Positions 39,474-52,472 of a stretch of DNA of 64,000 bases are shown one piece after another. Location: positions 62,001 to 126,000 of the forward strand of contig NGBS01000583.1 in NCBI GenBank assembly GCA_002245135.1. The letters are read 5' to 3'. Below the pieces are notes generated by a model. That model did no database searches and was not told the DNA's origin. It worked only from the letters and a program-made list of their open reading frames with translations. The first letter of the stretch is position 1; each line of letters opens with the position of its first letter. The position numbers and the translations under genes were made by a program. Source of the DNA: Proteromonas lacertae (lineage: Eukaryota).

Positions 39474-42400
39474 ATGGGTGAAGCAAATCACTATACACTT
39501 TATCAAACAAGTTTGAACTTTTTTTCTTGCAAAATGATTGAGACGCTTTCACAGAAACCATACAATTTGCATGTCACACGATTACTTGTATCGCTTACTC
39601 GCTATTGCAATAGGTTGAAAGTCATGATATTGGCAATGTAAAACAAATGGGATTGAAAACATTATCTGCGGTTGTGAATAACCTAGATGCATTAGATTCT
39701 CAATATTTAAGAAAACCATTAGAAATTATTAACTCCTATTTAGAAAAACTTAAACCATGTCAGTTATTTACAGATTGGGCTCCACAGCATGTATTAAATT
39801 TTCTTTAATAACTATTTAGGTTGTAACATCAAATGAACTGAATTTAGAACAGTGTAAAGCTTCTGCAAGTTCATCAACTGACAACACTTCTCCAAATCAT
39901 GCTTTTTCTAATGTAGTTGGTAAATGGTCAGCTAAAGTATGGTTTAGATTGTATTTATCTAATTAAAATAGGTTGGTGAAGAAAATCTTTCAACATGGTC
40001 AGTTTCATTTGAAAAACCTCATATAATCACTATGATTAAAATAATTTTTTCATGCCATCCATATCATGTAGTAGTATTGGCAAAACCAGAAAATCCGTCA
40101 TCTCCACTAGTCACTCGTATATATAGTATGTATAATTATAACATTTAGTTGCTTGTGTCAGTACTTATGCTATTAGCAATGAAAAATCTATACTTTTACC
40201 ACCATATGCAACAGATCAACTAACATTAGTATTTATGGACAATAGATCAGAAGCAAAGCCATGTAGTATTGATTCTATACAGTTTTATACATCTGGAAAT
40301 GCTGAATTATATAGTTCAGATATACAGACATTGAAAGATATTGAATCATGTTTGAAATGTTGTTGTACTCCATCAAATCCTTTAAAGAAATTGACATTTA
40401 CTGCTTTGTTCGTATAATTATATATATATTTGTATATAAATAATAGTCATTTTCATTATGTACAGGTTCATTAGCTTCTTTATTATCAATGATTAAGATA
40501 TTACTCAACGATCAATATGAATTTGAAGATGAAAGTGAAATTAATAATTTTATGAAGTTATTATTAGAATTATGTAATGCTTTAGATGATAATTTCATAT
40601 TAATGAATAATGATGCTGAAAGTGATGCTGTATTTCTACAATCATTGAGTGGTGATGATATTAAAATATCATTAGATGGGAAGACAGTAACATCTTTAAA
40701 TGATAGCAAAACAGTATAAGTTGATATATAATAATATATAAAATAGTATGCAATTGTAGATTATCCATGTGATGAAGGTAAATATACATGGACTTTTAAG
40801 AGTTTGGATAGTCGTGAAAGTGATGAAATGACCTGTTTTGGTGCTGCAATCTATCCAGTAACAGAAAAAGAGTATTTAAATAGTAAAGAAATGTGGATGT
40901 GGAGAGCTTATAATGGTAGTTTATATTCACAAGGAAATCAATTGGCTAATAAAGTTGAAAAGATTCATAATAATGACTTGGTAAGGTTTGAGTTAGATTG
41001 TGATGAACATGTAATGAGATTGTTTTTAAATGATAAAGAAATGAGCGAATCATTTAAGAATGTAAAAGGCACAATATATCCAGCTGTTGCATTTTATGGT
41101 CCTTCAAGAAGTGTTGAGTTAATATCTGTTGAGAAAATGGATAAGAAAGTAACAGAAGCAGTTGTATATTTGTGTATGCAACAGTTGAAATCAGTATATA
41201 TATATATATATTCTTATTTATTAGAGTAATGTTGGTTATGGTACAATTGGATTAAATGATAATATGGGTTATGATGACTTAAAAATAAAAATAAATAAAG
41301 AGTTAATCAGAAGAGGAGTATCTATTCATCCACCTTCTAATGGTACAAGCCAAGCTGTATTTTCAATACCAAGTGGTCATTTCTGTAGATTTACAACCAA
41401 AGTTGGAATAAATGATGATGTCAATTGTGAAGTAAGTGGTTGTGTATTTAGAGTGAAAAGTGATAATACTTTATTGTGGGAATCTTCTGCAATTAATAGA
41501 TCTGGTGTAATTGAGAAATGTGATATACAATTAGATTCTTCATTTAATAATATAATATTAGAAGTTGAGTGTAATGGTTTGAATAGTATTATTATTATTA
41601 TTATTTATATATTGTATTAGATTGTTGCCATGCTGTGTTTATTAATCCAATTTTATTATCCAATAAACTACCAAATAATATGAAAATATATCTTGATATA
41701 CAACAATCAAAACCAAAGAATGTATATGTAGATATTAATTGTTATTATAAATAGAGTCTTGAATTAGCACATTGTATATTAAGATTAATAGAGAATCAAT
41801 GCAAATATCATATTGCTAATATGAGTTCAATTTATAAAATAAATCCACTAGATACTGGTATATAGAAATTATTAATATATTAATTTATAATTGAATAGAA
41901 GGTATAAATATGGAAGAACCATATTCAATTGATTGTACGTCTGAATCATTAACATTAATATATGAAATATTGAAAGATTTATTAAGTGATTGGAAGAATA
42001 AAATTGAATTGATTATTGAGATTCTTTATGTATATATTTATTATTGTTTATTTATTGTCTATTTAGATATTATATGCCACACTTAGAAAGATAGTTCATA
42101 GTAATATAGATATGAATGTGATAGGATTATATCAACATCCCATATTATCAAAATTCATTGAATTATTAGATGAGATAATATCGAATGATGAATATCCATT
42201 ATCAATTGGTGCATTATCTCAAGAAATATTAAACTCATCACAATCAATACTGTATATATTATATTATATATGAATATAGATTTCCTGATTCTCTTATTCG
42301 TGAAGAAAAATTCAAAAAGACAATCGAAGAAGGTTGTATAATAGAAATACAGTTTTCATGGCCTGTATTATTTGCTAAAAAAGAGAAACCTGATGATTTA

Positions 42401-42787
42401 TGTGAGAATGATAATACAGACTATAGATATGATACAGTGGTTTGTAACATTCAAGCTTTCTGTATTGAGAATAACATTAGACACAAATTATATGGTAAAA
42501 TGAATGGATTTATATATCTTATCTTCGAATTAGAACCAAAATGTGGAAATGATATATTAGATAAGATAGTAGATATAATGACGGAGAATGATTTAGATCC
42601 TTTTACCTTTTTAGATGGAAGTGAAGAAAACCAGATTTTTGTGCAGACTGAGCATTTTCCTTCATTTAATAGACATGATAGAGAGAATTCTGAACCAGGA
42701 AATGGTATTATAAGAATATATCCAAAAGGAAGATGCAGTTTTGATGATTTAGGTAAATATATTCAAAATTATTTGAATTCATTTTAA
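39474..42787 (+). CDS. Multi-exon protein with discoidin/DOC-like, SPRY and NPCBM-like domains; paralog of the HECT gene N-terminus, no HECT domain
   Basis: Spliced ORF from ATG 39474 through about 11 short introns. SPRY DEMTCFGAA...WRAYNGSLY...YPAVAFYG; NPCBM-like RGVSIHPP...FTTKVGINDD...FRVKSDNTLLWES...HAVFINP. Confidence 0.8.
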
Positions 42788-43290
42788 TTATATTATATAT
42801 TATTGAATATCTTTGTTGATATGATGATTTTAAAATAAAACCAACCTTTTGAAACGAATATATTTTTAATAATTAACTATATCATGCTATAACATGTTTG
42901 TATAGAATATAAAGCAATAATTTAACTGTATTCATCATAATTTAGTTTTGCTAAGTATTTATTACATAAATAATATGTAACTAACGAATTGAGTAACTGT
43001 TTATTAAATAATTCTTTTCTTATAAGATAATGAACTAATTTATAATAAAAATCATCTCAGTAACAATGCCTTTATCATTACTGTAAAAATTATTTAACTC
43101 ACTCAATATTCATAATTTACCTTTTTCATCTATATTAAACGATAAAATATACATTACTATATTTATATACTACATTTAAATTGCATATAAACCTTTATAT
43201 CCTTCAAAAAATCGAAAAAACTGAATATTCAAGCCAAGTTTTTAGGTTGGTTTTTTTAAAACAAAATTTGTGTTTGTCATTGTTTAAACA

Positions 43291-46200
43291 ATGTCTAGTG
43301 TAGTGTTTATAAGATATCATTTTATTTTGATTTTTCTTGATAGTATCAGATAAAATTTAATTGAATAGAAAAAAAAGATGAGAAGTATAAGACTTCTCTT
43401 ATGTTGTATAGGCAACTGTTCCTATTTTTTACCTGATTTATGGTTGATGTTGAAGAAGACTTTATTGTTCAAGAAAAGACATTATTTCAGAACATTCTGT
43501 GAAATCGTATAAAAGTCTAGTTAATATTGTTAGTTCATTCCAGTTATCATTGCACTGATATTTATTCCTGTGTATTTCTTATTTGAAACTGATTATTACT
43601 ACGAGGAAAAGTATTTTTAAAATTCAATTTATATTTTGTATAGTTTTGCTTTGAGTGCTAGAGAAGTTTATCCGCTTGGTGATATGTTTGCTCATGTCAA
43701 GTCTATTGGATATCACGTTGCTGTAATTGGTAAAGAAAATGATGTTAATAACTTCATTTCAAAAATGGATGATTTTTACCCTGGTTTTAAGTTTAATAAG
43801 AATATACTGACTTATGCTGAGAAGCAGAGTATAGGTAATGATATTGATTTATTGGAAATACCTAAATTATCTGACATAGCTAAAGTGTTTAAAGATGAAG
43901 GTTCGTTCAATAGTTATGTGAAGAGCAGAGATTATGTTAATCAAGATGCAATAGTTTTTGCAATTACAATAAACAAATATCTTTTTTTGTATAGTTTAAA
44001 TAATTAAATATATCAGTTTTCTTAATAAATATTCATATTTGAAAGTGGAAATTATGATTATTTGTTAAGATATAACCATTCAGATCCAACACCAAATTTC
44101 AAGAGTGAAACTTCGTATAATTACTATTTACCCTTTTTTTTATTATAGTATTAATGATCCTTGGACAAATATAGTGAAATGGGATGACATTGATGATTTT
44201 ATATCAATGGACTATAAACCAAAATCTCCAAATCCAAGTGAAGAAGATACATTAAAAGCAAAAGCTACATTTGATAAAACTCAAGGTTTTTTAACATTAC
44301 AAAACTCAATAGATAAAATGATTATTAATAAAGAAGCTGACAATAAATTAAGTGATGAAGAGTTGTATGAAGTATTTAAAACAAAAACTTATCTTGTGAA
44401 AAGAGATATTGTATATATATCATGACCTTTTTTTAATATTTGTAGAACGAAAAAATTCAAAATGCAATTCAAACATTGAATAATACTCACAGTGATGTTT
44501 TAATGCCTGAAATAAGAAAACTAACAAAAGAGTATAATCACATTCCTCAAGCAACAAGAATTGCTCTTTTCCCTCAATTTGCTCAAGAAAGAAGCATGTT
44601 CTTTTATAGTATGTCACTTGCAGTTGGTACATTATTCGTTTTGATTTACATGTATACAAGTTCATGGATGGTATATGACGTTGTTTATGAAAAAGAAAAG
44701 AAATTAAGAGAAGGTATGTGTATGATGGGTTTAAATGAATCTGCATTGAATTGTTCTTGGTTGATAATCTATTTTTTAGAAACTACAATATCAGCAATAT
44801 TAATTACAATTATTATGTATATTAAAACTTAATAATACAATTTAAATAGGGCATTCTTATTAGATCATTCCAATGTATTCTTCGTGTTTTTGATTTTCTT
44901 TTTGTATGGAATTACACTTATTTCATTTGTGTATTTAATCTCAACATTCTTCAGTCGAGCTAAAACAGCAGTTATAGCAAGTGTTATTTTGTTATTCATC
45001 TTCTTCTTTATAGCTATTTTCTTCAGTATGATATTAATTTCTTATCTTATATTAATAGAAACAACTGATATGTCTTATTCAACTAAAATGGGTTTATCTA
45101 TCTTCTTTCCTGTTGCATTTGATTTAGGTTTAGGTGTATTCTGCAATCTAGAATCTAATGGTATTGGTTTAACTGTATCAACAATCAATAAATCATGGAA
45201 AGATCAAACTTATTCAGGTGCTATTTTGATGTTATTTGTAGATACGGTTGTGTATTTGATACTAGCTTGGTATTTTGACAGAGTAGTTCCAAGGGAATAT
45301 GGCACTCATTACAAATGGTATTTCTTATTTACTCCCTCTTATTGGTTTGGAAGTGATCATGATAACATTAGAGTAACTGATAGTTCAAGTGATGAAGATT
45401 TAAAGAATCCAGATAATCTAGATGCTAATGGAAATAAAAAAGCTCATTTTGAAGATATAGAACCAAGATTGAAAGAAATGTATAATCAAGGTAAATGTGT
45501 AGATGTTAAAAGTCTATTCAAGACTTTCAATACACCAGATGGCAAGAAAGTGGCAGTTAATAATTTGAATATGCAAATGTATGAAGGTCAAATCTTTGTT
45601 TTATTGGGTCATAATGGTGCTGGTAAATCAACAACAATATCAATGTTAAGTGGTTTATTTAGTCCAACTAGTGGTAGTGCTACAATGTATGGATATGATT
45701 CAAATAGTCAAATGAGTGAAATAAGGAAGATAATGGGAATTTGTCCACAGCATGATGTACTGTTTGATGAATTAACAGTAAGACAACATTTAGTATTATT
45801 TGCTCATTTGAAGAGAATTCCTGAAGATAAGATTGATGTTTCAGTAGAGAAAATAATCAATGAAATAGGTTTGAGAGAAAAAGTAGATTATCCTTCTTGT
45901 AATTTAAGTGGTGGACAAAAGAGAAAATTGAGTGTAGGAATTGCTTTGATTGGAAATTCAAAAATCGTCTTTTTAGATGAACCAACTAGTGGTATGGATC
46001 CTTATTCTAGAAGAAGTACTTGGTCAATACTACAAAGTAATAAAGAAGGAAGAATCATCATATTAACCACTCATTTCATGGATGAAGCTGATCTGTTAGC
46101 TGATAGAATTGGTATTATGCATGATGGTCAATTAATATGTTGTGGAAGACCTCATTATTTAAAGCAAGAATATGGAATAGGATATACATTGACTGTAGTG

Positions 46201-49200
46201 AAGAAATCTCTTGATGATGGTCCAAAAATAGAAGTGTTAGTAGGTGAAATGGTACCTGAAGCAGAATTATTAACTGATGTAGGTAAAGAAATCTCATTTA
46301 GATTGCCATTTGCCTCTGGACAACAATTCCCTGCATTATTAAAAGAAATAGATAACAACAAAGATAAATATGGTATTGATAGTTATGGAATGTCAGCTAC
46401 AACTATGGAAGAAGTGTTTTTAAATTCGGCAAAGATTGCTGATAGAGAGAATATGTTAGAAGTTCAAAACTCTAGAAAATCTGGAATATCTAAAATTCAA
46501 TTAAACAAAGAATATAAGCAATTCAATCGAGCAGAAGCATCAAAGAAAAATATGTTCTTCATTCATTATGCAGCTTGTTTGAAGAAGAGAATGTTGTATG
46601 TAAAAAGAGATTTGAAAGGAATAATATGTCAAATCTTAATCCCCATTGTAGTAATGCTATTAGGTTTTCTGTTTATGTCTATGGATTTTTCTTCACAACC
46701 TCCAATGTATGAAATATATATATATATATAATTAATTTAGATTTGATATTGATACTCGTTACTATAACAAGGAAGTAGCTAATTCAACTGAAAGATACAA
46801 GACTGTCTTACCATATGATAATGTAAAGAGTGGTTCAGCTGTTGAATTTCTTAAATACTTAGAGAAGGATGATGTTGTTCCAAATCCATTTGATGGTTCA
46901 AAATATTATAGTGATGATGGTTGTCTTCTTGAAGAAAGTTTAAAATCAATGACTGAAGATAAGAGAAAAGAAAAATGTCAATCAGTATAAATTATGTTTC
47001 ATATATAAAAAATAGATTAATCAAAACAAAGAATTTGCTGTTCCAATATATGGATTATATCAATACTTAAGGGAAACAGCAAATGATGAAGAAGCAACAA
47101 AATATATTGCATTTGCTCAAGTTCCAGATCTTACAACAAACAGATATGTCTCTTATATATTTGTAAATTCTTCAAGTTCTCATGCTAGTGCAATTGGAAT
47201 GAATCAATTGAATCAAGCATTGTTAAGATATTATTCAAGTATAGCAGATGCAAAATTATTAACATCTGGATCAGTAATGCCATTTACATTTAGTGATGAA
47301 AATGATGCTGAGAATATTAAAGGATTTGCTATTCCAATTGTTAATGTTTTAGCTCTTGCATTTGTTGCTTCCTATTATGTTTCATTTATAGTTAAAGAAA
47401 AAGAAGTAGGTGTGAAACATCAGCAGTTGATTAGTGGTGTTAGTTTACCTGCTTATTGGATTGCTACATTCACATGGGATATGTTGACATACTTACTTCC
47501 GTATATTACTATATTATAATAATATTATATATGAATAGATGTATATTTGGAATAGTATTTATGTATATCTTTGATCTTAAATCTTTTCAAAATCATATTG
47601 GAGTTGTAATTGTTTTATTCATTCTATATGGTTTAGCTGTTGCTCAATCAACCTATTTCTTATCCTATATATTCAAAGTTCACTCATCAGCTCAAAATAC
47701 AGTGTTGTTTCTTAACATTATCATTGTTTTATTCATCGATTTGAAATTTATGTTAGGTCAAATTAAATCAACTTGCAGATTAGGTGAAGTTTTAGAGTAT
47801 ATATATATATTCAATAATTATTACTATTTAGTTGGTTCTTCTTGATATTCTTCCCTGGTTATACATTTGGTATTGGAATGTACAGATTAGGTATTTGGGA
47901 TTCTTTAAGTATGATGGATGGTATGTGTGATATGTTACATAATATTCCAGTTGATATTCAACCATATCCTGAAACTGGAGGTGAATTTGCGTTTGACAAA
48001 ATAGGAAAGAGTATATTGTTTTTAGTTCTTCAATTTGTAATATATGGATTTTTGGCAATTATTACTGATTATATTCTGTCATATCCTAAATTAAAACAGA
48101 AATTTTTCGCAGATAAAGATTTACCAAAAAGATGTTTTACACCTGATGAAGATGTGAAGAATGAAGCTGACAGAATAAAAGAAGGAATGATTCATGAAAG
48201 TGGAAAGAAAGAAACTATTCAAGTTAAAGGTTTGAGAAAAGTCTGGAATGGTAAAAAGATAGCTGTTGAAGATTTGAATTTTGGTTTGATACCTGGAACA
48301 TGTTTTGGATTTTTAGGAATAAATGGAGCAGGTAAAACCACCACATTAGAAATGTTGAGTGGAGATATAATTCCAACAAAAGGAACAGCAACAATAAGTG
48401 ATTTTGATATTCTAACTGATCAAATAGAAGTGAGAAGATTGTTAGGATATTGTCCACAATTTGATGCTTTATTAGATTTACTAACAGTAAAAGAACATTT
48501 ATATTTATATGCTAAAATCAAAGGTGTTCCTGATGATATAATTGATGATGTAATAAATGAAAAGATAGAACAAATGGATTTAGGTAAATTTGTGAATAAA
48601 ACAGCTGGTTCATTAAGTGGAGGAAATAAACGAAAGTTAAGTGTAGCAATTGCATTAATAGGAAATCCTCCATTAGTATTCTTAGATGAACCATCAACAG
48701 GAATGGATCCAGCAGCAAGAAGGCATATGTGGAATATAATAGCTGATATAACAATCAAGAGATGTGATACAACAATAATCTTAACAACTCATTCAATGGA
48801 AGAAGCTGAAGCATTATGCACATTGGTTGGAATAATGGTAGGTGGAAGATTGAGATGTTTAGGATCTTTACAACATTTGAAGAATAGATTTGGCCAAGGA
48901 TTTATGTTAGAAATCAAATTAAAGGAGAATAAAGAAGAAGAGGTTAAAGAAAAGGTAAAACAAATATCCTCTTTTGAAGGTGAATTATTATATGAGGAAG
49001 ATATAGAAGATGTTTGTAAAGAATTGGGAAGAATTGATCGATTTGATTTAATCAATGAAATAGACAGTGGTTGGTCAATTTATAGTGAGATTAACAAACA
49101 TAACCATGTAAGTAAGTCTTTCTTTGTTGATTGGTGGATAATGGAAGATAGAGTAAAGAATTTAACAGATACATTAAAGCAGATGTTTAATGATATTGAA

Positions 49201-49497
49201 TTGTTAGAAAGACATGATACTTATTTAAGATTTAGAATCGATACTGAGAACTTAAAACTTGGTGAATTATTTGATTTAGTAGAAGGAAAGAAAGAAGAAT
49301 TAGCAATTAAAGAATATAGTTTTGCTCAAACTTCATTAGAACAAATCTTCAATTCATTTGCATCTCAGCAAGAAGAAGAGAAAGGAGAGATAAGAGGATT
49401 AAAGAAACAAGGATCAACATCAATTAGAAGATTAACAACAGGATTAAAAAAGAAATCTAGAAAATCAATTTTAACCTTTGAAGTTGAACATATTTAG
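43291..49497 (+). CDS. ABCA-family full-length ABC transporter (start ATG 43291, or alternatively 43378)
   Basis: LWLMLKKTLLFKKRH N-terminus, EKEKKLREGM, two NBDs (GHNGAGKST/LSGGQKRKL/LDEPTSGMDP and GINGAGKTT/LSGGNKRKL), TSLEQIF; many short introns. Confidence 0.95.
43977..44036 (+). other. U12-type (minor spliceosome) AT-AT intron, 60 nt, containing a possible internal 28-nt GT-AG intron (43989-44016)
   Basis: 5' site ATATCTTT, branch-like TTTCTTAAT near the 3' end, terminus CAT. Removal restores the frame AITINK-FESGNYDYLLRYN; the GT-AG intron alone leads to a stop. Confidence 0.75.
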
Positions 49498-49750
49498 ATT
49501 GGTTATTTTTATATAAAATAGTTGTTTAATAAATATTTTGTTTTGGTGTTATAAACTATAATTAAAGCCATATAGCATTATTTTGTAAGTATTGTTTTTA
49601 TCTCTATTATCATTTATATTTTCATCATCATTTTCATCATTTACTACTCCTCTTAATATATATATATCCATTTGATTTGTGTGTTTTTTCTTTAAAATAA
49701 CAACAACAATTATAGAAATAAACTAATATAATATAAAGAATAATTAGAAT

Positions 49751-50944
49751 TTAATCTAACATACTTTCAACATCAATATCACCAAACTCATCTTCATTAT
49801 TTGAATGAAGTGATCTATTACTAGCACGGTTTGGATCTTTTACAGAAGCAAGACTAGGAGCAGCATCAGGAGCTGGCGAGGAAGCTGGTTGACGACCTGG
49901 ACCAGGTGGTGGTGGTCTTCTTGGCATAGCTGATCCATCATCACCTCCTCCTCTTCCATTATTTGGATTGATTTGTGGAGGTGGTGCTCTTCCTCCTTGT
50001 GCAAACGTAGTTTGACCGTTATTAACTTGATTTCTACGCTCTAATTCTGCATATTGAGCAGCGAATACATCTGAATTTTCACCTAAATCTTTACATAAAG
50101 CTACCAAGTATCTTAAACATTCAATATTTTCTGGATATTGTTTATGAATATCTTTATACATCTGTAATGCTTTCTTTAAGTTACCTAAACGTCTATAACA
50201 ACTAGTAACCATCAATTTCCATTTCACTTCATCTGGTTGAACTTCAGTAGCTCTTTCAAAGAAGGAAATTGCTTCTTCATACATTTCAGATCTGACAAAC
50301 CATAATCCAAGCCAAGATATAACATCTAAATTAACTGGATAGAATTTATAACTTTCTTTATGATAATGTAATGCTTGAGTATCATCATCTTCTTGACTAA
50401 ATAATTGACCTAATCTTGCAGTAATACCTGGATCAGTTGGAACTTTAGCTAATAACAAATTATAATATTTTATAGCTTCTTTTGGTCGATGTAATATTTC
50501 ATAAATTGTACCTATTTGATAGAATACTTCTGGATTACCTGGAGTTACTTGCAATAACTTCTCAAATGCTTGTAATGCTTCTTCCTGTGGTCCTACACGT
50601 TTTGCTACCAATCCTAAATTATAGATTGCTTCACTACAATCAGCTTCAACACCAATAGCTTCTAAATACATCTCTTTGGATTTATCATATTCTTCTTTAA
50701 TATAATGGCAATTACCTTTGTTTACTAAAGCTCTAGCATTATATCTATCTTTCTTTACAGCTTGAGTAGCATATTCATCAGCTTGTTTGTAATCTTGTTG
50801 TAAGAAATACATGAATGATAAGTTATTAGAGACTTGTGATCCTAATTGTTGATCTCTCTTTTCTGGTCCTCTTAATACTTTGGTAGCTTCATCAATCTTC
50901 TTTTGATGCATCTATTTTAATAATAATAATATTATTATTTATTA

Positions 50945-50982
<38 letters not shown>

Positions 50983-52349
50983 AGCAACTGCTTTACAAAC
51001 TTCTACTTCATTTGCTAAACTAGCATACTTATCTCTTAATTGAGTTATTACCCAATCATAACCATCAAATTCATTATATAACTTCTTATCAACACCTGCA
51101 TCATTCTTTATTATCTTTTCAGCTACTTTAGGAGCTATTAACTTAGCTGCTTTTACGATGTATTTTTCACATTTATTACGATAATTGTAATAGAAATCTT
51201 CTAATGGACGAGCTACAGCTGTTTTGGGTCTATAATTCTTAGTATCAATTTCATCGTTTTCAGCTTCCTTTTGTTCCTCAAAGGATGGATCTTCAATTGG
51301 CATATTGATTAAGTTAGTAAAACATGTTCTCATTTTACTACTATCGTCAATGGCATAATAACAAATTATCAAATTATAAGCTGTTTGAAAATCTATTAAA
51401 AAATCAATTAATTAACATTTATATTTTTATACCAGTGTTTTGAGATGTACTATTCAATATACCTTCATATGCCTGAATAGCTTCCAAGAAATTACCTGAC
51501 TTTACATATGCATTACCTATATTCTTTTGAATATCTAACTGCATTTGTCTCATATTCTGACCTGGAATTCTATCTAAGGCCATTTTATACATTTTTACGG
51601 CTTGAGGGTATTTACCTTGTTTGTAGTAAATATTACCCATATTTACACGTAATCTACCTGCTTGTTGATACTGTTTGTTTTTCACTATCAATTCATATGT
51701 CTTTAATGCTTCTTCATACATTTCATTGAGTTGGAAACAGTAAGCTAAATTAAAATCAATTGCGAATTTCAAATCGAAATTTACTTGATCTGCTAATTGA
51801 TTTTCTTCTCGGTATCTTGTCAATTTACGCTCTTTTTGTGCCTATATTATAATATGTCATTAATTAATATATTTAATACAGCTTGTTTTGCTTTATCTAA
51901 AGCATCACGGTAGTTTTGATCTTTAGCTGCAAATGCTGAATCCTCTAAAGCAGAATTTACTTGTTTCTCCATATCGTGAGCCATTTCTTCTGGACCGACA
52001 TCTTTTGTATCAATCAAAGGTTTAGTTGCGAAAGAAGAGGTTGGATCAAGCGGGTTTGTCTTAGCATTGAAATTAGCAGCATTTACTGAAGTCATTGGTC
52101 TTGAACCATCTCCAGAACCTGGAACTCCTAACATTGCTGCTGTAGCCATTCTACTTCCAGTTGGTGCTCTTGGACCAAATGCTGTTCTAATAAAATATAT
52201 AAAAACAATGATATAATATACTTCATAGCTGTAGTTTGTCTCATTGCAGTTGGTGGTGGTGGCTTTGAATAAGGGTTAAACATTGCGTTTCCTGCCCCTT
52301 GATCAAAATCATACAAGTCATCATCATCGTTTTTATGATCGTTAAACAT
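49751..52349 (-). CDS. IFT88: Intraflagellar transport protein 88 (TPR protein); 4 introns
   Basis: RPMTSVNAANF, AGRLRVNMGNIYY, DRYNARALVNKGN, EAIGVEADCSEAIYNLGL, VPTDPGI, KWKLMVTSCYRR, YPENIECLRYLV. Confidence 0.96.
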
Positions 52350-52472
52350 CGAAAATAACTATTTAAAATTCAAAAATTTTATAACGGATTTGATTGACTG
52401 TAATTACATATTCATTTTACCAAAATTCAAAACACGTTAAATAAATAAATTATACAACTATATTTTCTTAAT

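Noticed and set aside
42828..43261. MITE bounded by imperfect inverted repeats (TTTTAAAATAAAACCAACCT / AGGTTGGTTTTTTTAAAA)
   Set aside because: Short, AT-rich and imperfect, with no clear target-site duplication and no second copy in the window.
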